Shown here piece by piece: positions 1 through 16,242 of a DNA stretch of 64,000 nucleotides (its first letter is position 1; every line of letters starts with the position of its first letter). Made by a program: the position numbers and the translations under genes. Source of the stretch: the human T2T-CHM13v2.0 reference genome, Homo sapiens. Below the pieces are notes generated by a model. The model was given only the letters and a program-made list of their open reading frames with translations. It did not search any database and was not told where the DNA came from. Location: the NCBI RefSeq assembly GCF_009914755.1, contig NC_060926.1. The stretch is one strand, 5' to 3'.

Positions 1-1652
1 TTCGCTTGCTGTTTCTACCACATTTGCAGTTACATTCTCTACTGCAGTCTTGAATCTCCCAAGTCATCCATGAGGATTGGAATCAACTTCTTCTAAACTC
101 CTGTTAACATTGATATTGTGACCTCCTCTCATAAATCATGAATGTTCTTCATGGCATTTAGAATGATGAATTCTTTCCAGAAGATTTTCAGGTGACTGCC
201 CAGATTCATGAGAGGGACCACTATCTATTGCAGCCAGACCTTTACAAAATGTTTCTCTTAAACAATAAGACTTGAAATTAGAAATTACTGTTTGATTCCT
301 GGGCTGCAGAATGGATGTTGTTTTAGCAGGCATGAAAACATTAACCTCATTGTACATCACAATCAGAGCTCTTGGGTGATCAGGCGCATTGACGATGAGC
401 ACTAATATTTTAACGAAATCTCTTTTTTTGAGCAGTAGATTTCAACGGTGGGCACAAAATACTCAGTAAACCATGTTTTATACAGAAGTGCTGTTCTCCA
501 AGATTTGTTCATTCATTTATAGAGCACAGGGAGAGTATATTTATCATAATTCTTAAGGGTCCTAACATCTTTGGAATGGTAAACAAACATTACCTTCAAC
601 TTAAAACCACTAGCTGCATTAGCCTCTAACCAGAAAATCAGACTGTTGTTTGAGCTTTGAAGCCAGGCGTTGACTTCTCCTTTCTAGCTGTGAATGCCCT
701 AGATGGCATCTTTTTCCAATATAAGGCTGTTTTTTTTTTTTTTCTACAGTAAAAATCTGTTGTTTAGGTAGCCACCTTTATCAATGATCTCAGCTAGATC
801 CTCTGGATAACAAGCTGCAGCTTCTCCATCAGTATTTGCGGTTTCACCTTGCACTTTTATGTTATGGAGATGGCTTCTTTCCTTCATCCTCAAGAACCCA
901 TCTCTGATAGCTGCAAACTCTTCTGCAGCTTCCTCCCCTCTCTCAGTCTTCATAGAATCAGAAAGAATTAGGTCTTTGCTTTGGATTAGGCTTTGGCTAA
1001 TGGGTACCTTGTGACTAATCTGATCTTCTATCCAGATCATTAAAACTTTCAGCAATAAGGCTGTTTGACTTTCTTATCATTTGTGTGTTCATTGGAGTAA
1101 CACTTTTAACATTGTTCAGTAACTTTTCCTTTGCCTCCACAACTTGGCTACCTGGTGCAAGAGGCCTAGCTTTTGGCCTATCTCAGATTTCCACTTGCCT
1201 TCCTCACTAAACTTAATCTTTTCTAACTTTTGATTTAAAATGAGAGACTTGCAACTCTTCCTGTCACTTGAACACTTAGAAGCCATACTAATATTATTAA
1301 TTGGCATAATTTTAACATTGTTCTATTTCAGGGAATAGAGAGACTGGAGGAGAGGGAAGGAGGGGAATGGACAGTTGGTGGAGAAGTCAGAACATACAAT
1401 ATTTATTGATTAAATTCACCATGTGGGTGCAGTTTGTGGTGCCCTAAAATAGTTACAAAGTAACATCAAAGATTACTGATCGCAGATCACAATGAAAATA
1501 CAATATTAACGACAAAATTTGAAATATTTTGAAAACTACCAAAATGTGACACAGAGACACGAAGTAAGCTCATGCTGTTGGAAAAAAATGACACTAATAG
1601 ATTTGCTTGATGCAGGGCTGCCAGAAATCTTCCATTTGTAAAAAAATAAAAT

Positions 1653-1655
<3 letters not shown>
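1..1655 (-). mobile_element. Tigger1 (pogo/Tc1-mariner DNA transposon), 5' part with decayed transposase
   Basis: Minus-strand ORF fragments [55 protein letters not shown] and VNAPDHPRAL..VFMPAKTTSILQP match the Tigger1 CENP-B-like HTH and DDE regions; multiple stops and frameshifts; continues off the left edge. Confidence 0.93.
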
Positions 1656-4817
<3,162 letters not shown>

Positions 4818-4866
4818 TCTGCAAAACACAATGAAGCAAAGTGCAATAAAACAAGGTATGCTTGTA
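4818..4866 (-). mobile_element. Tigger1 terminal inverted repeat end plus TA target dinucleotide
   Basis: tctgcaaaacacaatgaagcaaagtgcaataaaacaaggtatgcttg followed by TA; reverse complement matches the Tigger1 start CAGGCATACCTCGTTTTATTGCGCTTCGC. Confidence 0.88.
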
Positions 4867-5540
4867 TCCACTTTGATTAAATAAACTAAGATAACAAGAA
4901 TTTACTTATTTGCCTAAAATTGATTTCTCTGTTTTAAGGCTAGTTACCCTTGTTTAGGGGACACATCTAATATACCACACATAGCAGGTGACCACCCCCT
5001 TCAAACTCATCAAATTAGAAATATTCAAATTTATTCTGATGGGACTCTGTCCTAGCTACTTTTTGTCAACGCTCAGGTAGGAAAAGAAAATGAAGAGAAC
5101 CACTGAAGTCAGAACACAGTCCTGGATTTTCTTCACGAACTGAAGATGGAATTTGTATCTTGTAATTAGCTAGTGCCTAGAGACATTTTGGAATTATGTC
5201 CTAGGGGTTAACGGCATGCTCAATATTTTAGCCAATCAAGTAATTAAATGATTAAAGTTATTGCATATCATAAAGTAATATTTGTAATTAATATTTTAAA
5301 TATTAGCAAGAAATGTGTAAATAAATACATGATATGAATGAATAAATCAATTAAAAACTTTGCCAATAGAAGGGGCTCACATATATCCACATAAACAACT
5401 TATTTTTAGTAGAATGCCAAAATTTGTGAACTTAGAAGTATGATCTCAGTATCTGAAATATCACTTCAAATTCTCTGTTACTTTAATCTTATACTAACTT
5501 GCAGAGAAATTTGAGGATAATAAAATTTCCTTCTGTTGGT

Positions 5541-5630
5541 AAGAAAGGAGCGAGAGAGAGAGGGAGAAAGAGAGAGAAATGAAAGAGACATGGAGAGAGA
5601 GATGATGAGAGAGAGGGACAGAGTGGGAGA
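5541..5630. repeat. GA-rich simple repeat
   Basis: gagagagagagggagaaagagagaga tract. Confidence 0.85.
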
Positions 5631-6399
5631 GTCATTGCTAAGAAAAAGATAGCTACCCATCCATTTTATGTCAATGAAAGAAATATTACAAGCTGCCTGG
5701 CTCTAATTTCTACTAATAAGCAAAATATCAGAAGAATTTGCTGCATGCTTTTTTTAAAAATCATGTTTTCATGTACGTAATCACATCTGTGAACATATTA
5801 GGGGGATAGAGTTACTAGCATATGTTTCCAAGTGTGTTCCATTATATTCCTACTGCAATTTTCTGAACACTAATTTACAACTGTACTTCAAGCTTCCTCT
5901 AGCTACACTGATGTAAATACTGTATATATTTCAGGAATTCTGTACTAAATTATATATTTGATAGCAGAGTGACTGCTAGCTCAGTAAACATTGCATAGCT
6001 GCATTGTATTCATCGTGGTGCCCCATGATTTCTGCACAGCAGGCACACAGAGGAGGGGAATTTGTATACATTAATATTTTGAAGTCAAATCCTTGAATAC
6101 CCTGTCAATCATTTCACATCCTAATTGGAGAAGCTCCAGCATCCCCTACTATCATGAGTACGGGGAGAAAGGCCCATTTTAGAGATGAACTGATTGAGGT
6201 AATGATAAATAGAAATGATTTATTAAAATAACATCAAATCAAGAGCATGAAGAGGAAGGGAAGATAAATCGCAGCTTATTGATTGTAGTAGCTTCAACCC
6301 AGGCCTCCCAGTGAGTGTCAAAGGTATAGAGCCTCCTAGAGAAAATGGCTGCTAACTAGGAGGCAATGACTAGGCCGGTATGAGGCAATACAGCCATCT

Positions 6400-7030
6400 C
6401 ACCTCTGAGCATCCTATACTTCACCTTTGATGCCAGAGATGCTCATTTCTTCCCACTCTATTTTCTTTGCTCCAGGCAATGGCTAAAGAAAAAAGAGCTG
6501 TTCACAGGTCTCTAACGTATCTGGGCATCTGTATACACTGATGGAAAATATTTTCAGTTCAATCACTTTGAAAGCCTGGATTATAGAAGAGCAGGAGGAC
6601 TTGTAGCATTGACAACAAAGTTTGTTGTTGTTGTTTTCTTTTATCAACATGAAGCTCAGTTAGCAATTGCACCAAGCATTGATTTCACTGGCCTGCTTGT
6701 TGGCACTACAAGGGTCTTTTTAGCTGTACAACACATACATATGCTGAACAGCCTTTGATTTTCTTTTTCTTAGAAGTTTGTTTTACAGGATAGGTCATTG
6801 CCAGCATGTGTTGCTCCAGTCATTATATAAGATCTATATTATCACTTCGTATTTAAAAATCACCTGTTCCTACCCTTTCGTTTATCTCATCTTCTGCCAA
6901 TCCTTGGGCATTTGCTGGTTTTTCCCAACACCAGTCTTAGAAGTTCTGAGTTTCATGCGCAGAGCTACTATAAAAACGTATCAGTAAACAATTCTCCTGG
7001 GAACTCTCCTCTCACTGCTTCTTGGGCATG
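6400..7030 (-). mobile_element. Ancient RTE-clade LINE reverse transcriptase relic (L4/MamRTE-like)
   Basis: Manual minus-strand translation gives, in RTE order, EFPGELFT, QQMPKDW, AMTYPVKQTSKKKKIKGCSAYVCVVQLKR (6801-6715), DAQIR*RPVNSSFFFS and WEEMSIS/ASKVKYR. Confidence 0.62.
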
Positions 7031-7694
7031 CTGTGGAACACTCATTATTGTGAAGGGAGTTATGCACGTGCTTCAAGCAGAGAACAGAACCCTTAGTGTA
7101 AACTTTTTGACAGGAGTCTCTGAAACAACTTTTCAAAACCCGTGTCTCGTTTATTTTCCTCTTTTTTCCTCCTGGTTTGATGTCAGTCATCAATCGAGCA
7201 GGAGACAACTCATTTCATTTCTGTGACACACCATGATGAACTTGTGTTGCAACCCTGACTTATTTTGAGAACTTCAATTTCTCAAGCTGAAAGCTTGAAT
7301 GTCCCATGGTTGGAAGAGCTATTGATCCGATGTAGAAGGACGGCTCAAGAGGAACTGATACATTCCTTACAGCACTTTCTTTTTCCCTTGCCTCTCTGGC
7401 TGCTACATAACATAGTCTTTCTCAGAGTTTGTTGTCATCTACAAACTTTGATTCTAGTATCACGTATATATTCTCTTTTTACACCATTTTTTTTCACTAT
7501 AAGCTTGTCTTCCTGTGGTAATGCTCCATTTCATTTCAGATGAATTTTCTATTAACTTATGAATTAGTTATTCTTGGTCTCTTTTACAACTTGCTGTAGA
7601 AAATCTAGGCATCAAGACTAAGCGATATTTTCAATGTGCTTTCCTAGTCATTTTAGAAGAATGTATAATATTTCTCTCAAGTACAATATGCTAA

Positions 7695-8090
<396 letters not shown>

Positions 8091-8369
8091 AAGAAGTAGA
8101 TTTTTTAAAACGTGATATACAAAATTACTGGTAGAAATATTATGCTTCATGCTCTTTTTGATAGGGGAAGGTGGCTACACTCTGCCTGAAATTCCAGAGA
8201 ATTGGACTACCTTAGCCTGAAATTTCTTTCTTCAGTTAAAAACAACATTGGTTTAGTGCTGGATGATAGTATTAGCACTCAATCTGTACCCACTTGTGAC
8301 AACAAAAGAGAATATAAGCATTTTACTTAGCAGACTTCATGGAAATTAATTTTCTTCCTAACATTTATT

Positions 8370-8570
8370 GCAATGACAATGAAGTGTTAAGCTCTGTGCA
8401 AAGAATTTTGATGCATTTGTTCATCTAGTCTTCATAGGTCCTCTATAAAGTACATCTTATTATGATATATATTTTACAGGTGGAGATACTTGAATTCATA
8501 ACTTATTCAAGCTCCATAGGTAACGGGGTAAAGCAACTATTGAAATGAACTCTATCTGACTTTGGAACAT
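8370..8570 (-). mobile_element. MIR SINE
   Basis: attttacaggtggagatacttga resembles the reverse complement of the MIR core; ends tctatctgactttggaac. Confidence 0.65.
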
Positions 8571-8571
8571 A

Positions 8572-9022
8572 TAGGGTCCCATAAGGAAACAGGATTCATC
8601 TTAAATAAAGATTTTGATAAAGGAACCACCTATATACCTGTGGCCAAGTTTAAGAGAACCACAAAGATATGGAGGTGTGTAGAGATGATCAAGAATGCAT
8701 GTCATTAACATCCCTGGGGCTAAGTGGGTAAGAGGATCAAAGATCATAGTTACTGGAGAGTAGTAAGAGCTGGAGCTAGGAGAAGCATCCAGAAAGATCT
8801 ACTTCAGAGACAGAGGCATGGCACCTAGACCTCTCTCTTTCTCCACCCTCTCACCTCCTCCTGCCTGCATTCTCCATGGGCTGCACCCTACTAGAAGCCA
8901 GCCCACAAAGGAGCCTGGGTGATGCAATTTCCAGAACCAGTATTTTAGATCTCAAAATAGGGCAAAGAAGGGAAGAGCAAGAATGGGGGGCAGGTGGCAG
9001 AGGTGACAAACAAATACATACA
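8572..9022 (-). mobile_element. LTR33-like ERVL solo LTR
   Basis: ggaaacaggattca..agagaaccacaaagat..ctgcattctccatgggctgcaccctactagaagccag..ggagcctgggtgatgca is colinear with LTR33. Confidence 0.62.
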
Positions 9023-9729
9023 CTAACCAATTGGCTCTCTGCATAGCAAGAATGTCCCAGCTTTCAAATGGAGGTTCAGCCTTTGCCTCCTGTGGTCCAT
9101 TTCTGGGAGATAATTCACCTTGCAAAGAAAAGGCAATATCCCCCAAAAATATCTGACAAACCCTATTAAAAAATAAAATATTTTCATGTGCATGCACCCC
9201 AGTTTTGTGGTGTTTTTTTTTTTCATTCTTGAAATAAACTAAGCATGTATTATATAACATTTCATTTAAATAGGGTTTAACTTAACATGTTCCTGGGAAC
9301 TTTAGTTTTATTATGTATAAAATGTGTTTAAAAAGTACAAATAATTTTGAACTATAACTATATAACTAATGACTAAAATACGTGCCTGGAAACTTTTTAT
9401 TTCTTTATTTTTTCACAAACTAGTAACTTACAATGTTCTCTCAATTGATCATATTATAATATGTTGTCATGGTCTTAATTTAGTTATTGGCCTCTCTTAA
9501 GCTATGGATAAATAATGATTAAACTACATAAAGATAAGGAACAATCACTGAATGACTTAACCTGTCATTCCCAACTCTTTGTATTCACACTCTAGCCTTT
9601 CCTTTCTCCCTTGTCCTTTAGGATTCTTCACCATCCTATGTGGGAGCCAGCTTTAGTTCCTCCTGCACGAGGCCAGGGATGTGTATTCTGTGCTTTTGCA
9701 CCCTCGTTGCTCCAGTTTGAATGCCTATT

Positions 9730-10097
9730 CTGCATAGTCAGAACTGCTTTCCAACTAGTTTTCCTGTAAATAGTCTCCCTATATTTAATACTGCCTACCC
9801 CCCACTGCTGACAGGGTTATCTTAATAAAAAGCAAATATGATTACACTCTTTGTCCTCCTAATAGCCTATTCTGACTCTCAAATGCCCACAGGATAAAAA
9901 ATCTAAGCTTCTTAACTTGGCAAACAACTAATTTGCAGTCATTTTCAAACTCACTTCTCTGGCCTCATTTTCTCCAGCATTGTCTCCCACACACTCTATG
10001 CCCATCCAAAGCAAGGCCATAGGCTATTATTTCCTTCTGGCTTTGTCTATAATGTGCCTGGAGATCTCTTCTTTTCCTTAATCCCTTTGACAAACTC
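9730..10097 (+). mobile_element. L2 LINE 3' region fragment
   Basis: cagggttatcttaataaaaagcaaatatgattacact..tgcccacaggataaaaaatctaagcttcttaacttggca resembles L2. Confidence 0.6.
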
Positions 10098-10220
10098 CAT
10101 TCACCCATCTATCCATTTATACATCCATCCATCCACCCATCCATCTATCTGTCCATTTCCTTATCCATCTGTCTTTCTATTCATCTATTAATCCATTCAG
10201 TCTCTGATTAATTCATTCAT
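10098..10220. repeat. (TCCA)n/(TTCA)n degenerate tetranucleotide repeat, probably an L2 tail
   Basis: catccatccatccacccatccatctatc...attcattcat. Confidence 0.8.
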
Positions 10221-11085
10221 TCCCCCAATTTAATTATCAATTAACCCCTAATTTTGATCAAGGAATCTTCTAGGAGCTGGAGATTCAATGGTGGACAGAG
10301 CCAGACAGCCCATGTCAGCATGAGGTTTGGTCTAGTTGATGGTGATAGATATATATTAAACAACCTCATCACTGTGATTACAAACAAAGATAAATATTGT
10401 TATGAAGAAAAAAAAAGTCCCATGAGAGGACTTAGCAAGGCCATCTGCCTTTGACTAATGCTGATAGTTAGAGGGGTCCACACAAGAAATCTCTCCTGAG
10501 AAAATGATTCTTAAGCTAAGATATGAAGATGGGAAGGAGATAACTTGGCTAGAATGGGAAGAGAAAAGAGAAACATATCAAGTAGAGAGAATGCATAGGC
10601 AAAAACCTCGTAGCAGACAAGAACATGACACATTTGAGAAGAAGAGTAAACAATGGACCAGAGACAGCTAAAAGGGAAGATGTACAAGAATTAAATGAAG
10701 AGAAGAGATAAACAGATACGAGGCCATGCAAGAAATCGTGAACTCTGGGGAGGACGCTTTGGCTTTATCCAAATACCCATGTAAAGCTATTGTCTGTGGA
10801 AGGAAGAAAGGTGAGGTGATCAGGTTTCCACTTTATCACTTTGGTTACCGTCAGAAAACTGGAGAAGCATCAGGGTGGAAGCAAGACAAACAGTAAGAGG
10901 TTATTTCCATAGTCCAGTGAGAGAGGACAGTGACTTGAACATTGATGGGGTAGAAGAAATAGAGAAAAGAGAGCAGAATTATAAGATAATTGGGAAGAAA
11001 TAGGCAAGATAAGATGAAGAAGATGGACTCAAGGACTACTTCAGGGTTTTGGACTTGGGCAGCTGGTAGATCCATTCACTGAGGC
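10200..11085 (-). mobile_element. L2 LINE
   Basis: gggtggaagcaagacaaacagtaagaggttatttccatagtccagtgagag and gactcaaggactacttcagggttttggacttgggcagctgg are typical antisense L2. Confidence 0.78.
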
Positions 11086-11099
11086 AAATATTTATTACG

Positions 11100-11302
11100 T
11101 GGCCCAGCTTAAATGTCATCTACATAAAATTTTCCTTGATTTTAATAGAGCAAATTTAAATGTTTTAATAGAGCAAATTTAATGTTTCTTCCCTATTCCC
11201 TGTGGCTACCACAAAGACTTATCCATAACTTATTGCTTATATGCTTCTTCCTTTTACTTGCACCTAGCATATAGTAGGGGCTCAATAATAATGAATGGAT
11301 GC
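11100..11302 (+). mobile_element. L2 3' terminus
   Basis: ggcccagcttaaatgtcatc...cacctagcatatagtaggggctcaataataatgaatggatg. Confidence 0.6.
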
Positions 11303-12409
11303 ATAAACTTCTTTTATAGTTTATATAAAGAAGCTACTCTTCTAAAGTAAAGATACACACATTCAAATTACTGAATATGGGTGAAATCTAAGAGATTCTT
11401 TGGGCTAAGCCTGTTCTTTCTAAATAAAGTAATGGATGCCCTGGGATCTTAATTAATTTGTTTAGTTTTAAATATTTAGAAAATGTAGAGCTAGTCTAGG
11501 GCCCTTCTTCCCCTCTTCTTGTATGATGACTATTCTGCTTCTGTACTTGTCTCCTCTGGTGTTTCTTCCTGATGGTAAAGATAAGTCTACCTCCTCTGAC
11601 TTTAATTATGGTTTTCCTCTAGGGTTAGTGACTTCTGTGCATTCTGGCTTGAGCATGACTGAACCACAGCATTTATACCCTATCTATAATTGTTTACAGA
11701 TCAAGTCAACAAATAGGTACAGAAAAATAAAGGAGAATAAAATAGATATATTTAAGAAGCATAACGAGGAGTGAATTGATTTCTGTTACTGGGTATTTTA
11801 TTAATTATAATTTAATATATAATGACAATCACAATTACATAGTGATGTCTATTTGAAGTGACTTTACAGATTACGTTTTGAAGATATATTATGGGCATGA
11901 TCTGGCAACTTTATTGCAATCTAAATTGAATTTTCTCTGCTGTCTCCTTCCCTCTATTCATCCCTGCCCCGTTTAACAGGTCTGGAATAGGATATCTGAA
12001 GTACAGTGACACATAAAAAGAGAAGAGAAGAAAGGTTATATACTTTCTTGTATTTGAACTAACCTTCATATTAGTCCTTTTTGTCTCCATATTCATGTTT
12101 GTAGATATAAAAATGTGCATTTCTCAATAGTGTGACAAAGTATTTCTAAATGTTATATATATGTTTTATATGTATAGACTTGTGTATATATGTATGTCTT
12201 AGCCAATCAAAGGCACAAAAAGTGTTATCCTCTCTCTAATTTTCTTACATCACCAAAAAGTAAACAAATCTTTCTTCTTGAAATCTAACATAATCAGAGG
12301 AAACACTGAGTACAGAAAGCAAGCCCTGCTCTAAGAGGGTAGTTGTTTAATAAAGGGGTGAGAACATGGAAGCTGTGTCTTGTAGCTTTTTCACAGGGTA
12401 TTACACTGA

Positions 12410-12650
12410 TGACAATAATGATTATGAATATCACAGTTACTGTTTATAATTTTTTTTACATATCTGGCATATGCCTCATTTTATTAATTCTCACTTAGGT
12501 GTACATATGATTTGTATCCTTGTTTAATGTATGAGGTAACTAAGATCTAAAAGAGAGAATCAAGTTACTTACTCAAGTTTTACAATCTAGAAGAGGTTGA
12601 ATATTGATTTGGAAACCTCTCTCTAAGCTCCCAGAATCTGAAATCTTAGC
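12410..12650 (-). mobile_element. MIR SINE
   Basis: atgaggtaactaagatctaaaagagagaatcaagttacttactcaag core. Confidence 0.62.
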
Positions 12651-12769
12651 AAGCCAATTCTCTATTAGTTATTCTTGAAATTCCAACTCAATGGTCCCAA
12701 GTAGTTTTCTGTTCACTTTTGTTTGATTTTCTTACTTGAAAAAATGTAAGGGTTTAAAATAACAAAGTC

Positions 12770-13215
12770 GTGACCATCTTTAGCTTGTCCACCCAGCACC
12801 TGATTCTCTGTGAATTGCCCTTCAGGGCTTCAGTGAACATGATCTCTGTGTTCTGTTTCTACAGTGGGCCCTTGCCTTCTAGGTGCAGGGCTGAACATTT
12901 GCTCCAAGACTGGTCAGCACATCTCCTTCCAAGGAATTTGAGAGAGAGAAAGAGCAGTATCTCTCTGATGCTGAAACATATGTCATGCAAAATTTGTCCA
13001 TGCCCTTCCTCTGCCACCTGAAGAAGTAGCGAGTAGAGCACAGACTATAAGGGGAGGCTCTGTTCCAGTTATGACTGAATTCACAAAAACTTCTGTCCTA
13101 CTTTATTTTATTTTTTGAGACATCTCAAGATCCTTATGATAAATTGCCTTTTCATTTTAGCTACTTCAAATTTGGTATCTTTAACTTTGAACCCAAGGGA
13201 AAATCTCAGCATACC
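12770..13215 (+). mobile_element. Old MaLR LTR (MLT1-type)
   Basis: 3' end gataaattgccttttcattttagctacttcaaatttggtatctttaactttgaacccaagg resembles the MLT1J/K terminus. Confidence 0.5.
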
Positions 13216-13289
13216 TACTGTAGTCCTGAGCTAGTCTTCAAATTTTTGACTCTCATCATAATTAAATAAAAAGTCCTCTATCATCCATT

Positions 13290-13400
13290 ATTAATTCATT
13301 ATCAAATATGATCAAATATCTACTCTTTGACAGCATACTAAATATTGGGAATATAAATATAAAGAAAAAACAGTCCCTGCCTGAAAGAAATTGCCAGGAG
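13290..13400 (-). mobile_element. L2 3' end fragment
   Basis: tactaaatattgggaatataaatataaagaaaaaacagtccctgcc. Confidence 0.5.
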
Positions 13401-15779
13401 ATTGGGCTGGGTTGGGGGTTAGATTTTCTTACCTGACTCAGACCAGTCTTATTTGGGGAGCAGGCAGTCACTCTATTTGCTGGCATAGCGGCCTTTCTTT
13501 CTTTTGTGAAACAAGTTCACAATTAAGGCTGGCCTTAGACAGAGTCATGAAGCAGGCAAAATTTTAGGGTCTTTCAACATCCACTTTACAGTAACTTTTT
13601 TTCAACTGACCCCAAGGCTATGATTGCAAGGCCCTTATGGTTTTCTTTGAATACCAAGTCCACTCAGTTGATATCTCCAGGAGGCCTCTATGTTCCTAAT
13701 AATCTGTACTTCCAGTAGCAAAAGATTCCAGGTCTGGGTCTTATTCACTTGGTGTTTGATTTTAACTTGATGAAGGCTAGCTAATATGATGAACCAACAC
13801 ATGGAAAAGTATCAGTGGAAATGATTGAATCGGTGTAGTTTTTGGTAAGCTATAAATCAGAAGAACAAATAATGTTGGGGGTTTGGACTCACAGACAAGC
13901 TATTTGTTAAGGCACTTTTTAGTAGATGAGAGCAGTGAGGCTTTTCAAGCATAGCTGAAGATATGCATTTATACATTGAAATTTCTTTCGGTAAATAGAG
14001 ATGTTTACAGTTTGTATGTAATAAATCCTTGATCATATAAAATCTGTGTTATCTATGCTGTTAACAATTAGATCTCTTTAGAGACTAGCATTTCTGACAA
14101 TATCCAGGACAAACCTTCAGTTCAAACATGGATTAATTATAGGGTTAAAAAGTTTGAAAGAATTTTTTTAAGGCTAGAAGCTTTAAAATGTTTCTGTTGC
14201 TATTAGCTATGCAATATATCCAGAAGAAAAAGAAAATAACTCCTCCAAATTCCACTTATTGAAAAGCAGAAAGCTTCAGACAGATGTTCCAAATGACAGG
14301 AGTTTCCTTTCAAAAGTGTAGTCTGATTAGGAATATAAGAAGTTAGAGCTGATAGGAGAGCAGTAACGATGTATTTGCACATAAAAGAGCAGAGATAAAA
14401 TCTTACAAATCTGAAATTACCTCTAGGTCACTTGGCTAAGAGACGAAACTTGACAATATACTACTGCATATCCAAATTGTACTTTTAGAGTTTTTTTTTT
14501 TTTTTAAGTTTATGATGTTTTTGAGAAACCATAGTTAAATATTTTAAAGCCTTAGTATTTTGTATTTCTACTCTTTAGCCCTTTTTCTCCAAAGTTCATC
14601 CATGATGTATTGGCTCTTGTATCTCCATCCTAGGAACAGGAAGGATTTTGACACTCTTCCTAATTCAACAAGTAATCCGCTTCAACTTGAAACTTGTATT
14701 TTTAGAATCGACCTCTCTAAACGTGACTACTTTAAGTACTACTTTTCAATTGCCTTATGATACTACTTTTCAATTGCCTTATGATAATTCATGTAGGAAA
14801 TGACATTCAATTGGTAAATATAATTCTTAGTCAACCAAAATTTTTGACTAATTTGCATGTAGCTCACCCACCGTGCAAGATCTATTATGCTGTTTTCTTT
14901 TGAGATACAGTAAAAAAAAAAAAAAAAAAAAAGTCACAGTTTTCAACTGGTGCACGCAAGCCTTATTATCCTGATCATTAGTTTGAGTACAAAGTGAGCT
15001 AAAAGTGAGTACCTATTGACATCTTACCTTCCTCATGATTGGCTCATTGTCCTACTTTTTTTTTAAATGAGTCATATTCTAGGTTACAAATGGGCTTGCA
15101 TTTATCATTCATTTGCATTTTAATTTATATTCATTTTTTAAGTGGGAAGCAAATCAACAACTTCAAGTTCCATTGATATGATTGACAATATAGCAATATC
15201 CTGTTTTTATTTAGTGACCATCTGTTTTCAGATTGTCAAGAATCCAATTAATTGAATCTTCATATGATTCCTTAAATGTACATTAAGGGACAGGTTGTCT
15301 TTTGGTTTCATTTGGAGAACTGATCAGTTTTACTTTTTTGTTTAAGGTTAGAGATAAATGGAATGAAATAGAGATGAAGAGAGGCAGAGACAGAGTTCAG
15401 TTGCTCTATTACCCACGCAGAACACTGTGAATGAAGCAGAACATTTGTCATTGAGGTAGAGAATTAGAAAGCATGCCACTTAAGACAGAATGAACATCAG
15501 GTTACTGTTTTTCATGAGAAGTTAAGAAATGTTAACTCAATTTGAAAAGAGAAATGTGATAAATATGCATTTTGACTTCTAACATAATATCCTACTTTCT
15601 GTGTTTCTACAACTGTCCAAAAAGGCCAGGCCACTGCATACTTGGCATATCTGATACCCAGGTGGATACAACTCCCTCTTCTCTGTAATAAAATTGATTT
15701 CAGTAATACTAATGGAACAATAGGTAATAATCATTATTTCCTTTATTCATCTTTAGGTTTGAAACAATTGACATTTAAA

Positions 15780-15935
15780 AGAAGATAGATATTGACCGTA
15801 ACAATGTCATCCTAGTTGTGATAGTATACGGTTTTGTAAGGTATTATCGTTGAGGGAACTTGGTAAGATATACACAGGATCTCTCTGTATTATTTCTTAT
15901 GGCATGTGAACCTGCAATAATCACGAAATAATATT
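15780..15935 (+). mobile_element. Old L1M 3' end fragment
   Basis: acacaggatctctctgtattatttcttatggcatgtgaacctgcaataatc. Confidence 0.65.
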
Positions 15936-16242
15936 TTTAATTACAAAACAGATAAACTGCAAACATATGTGACACAAGCATTGACTTCATGTTTTTTTCT
16001 ATTTCCCTCTCATTCATATACATAACCATATACAGTATATGTTTACTCATTTGCCATCACTGTGTACAATTTTACACTGTTTACTTTTTTATCATTAATA
16101 AATGACCTCTTTTACCTATTACGTAGTCCTAATAGTAGTAATTACTATTGATGAGCACACAGTCATGCTGATAGACCATAATTACCCCTTTTTGAAATCA
16201 AAATATCCACCTTTCATTCTAGAGTAGAATTTGAATGATAAT

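Noticed and set aside
136-1307. Domesticated TIGD/CENPB-like gene
   Set aside because: Fragmented by stops and frameshifts and has the transposon terminus; a decayed Tigger1 copy
6778-7543. Cluster of overlapping 70-100 aa ORFs as a host gene
   Set aside because: Mostly non-ATG starts and no recognisable protein; better explained by the minus-strand LINE relic and chance
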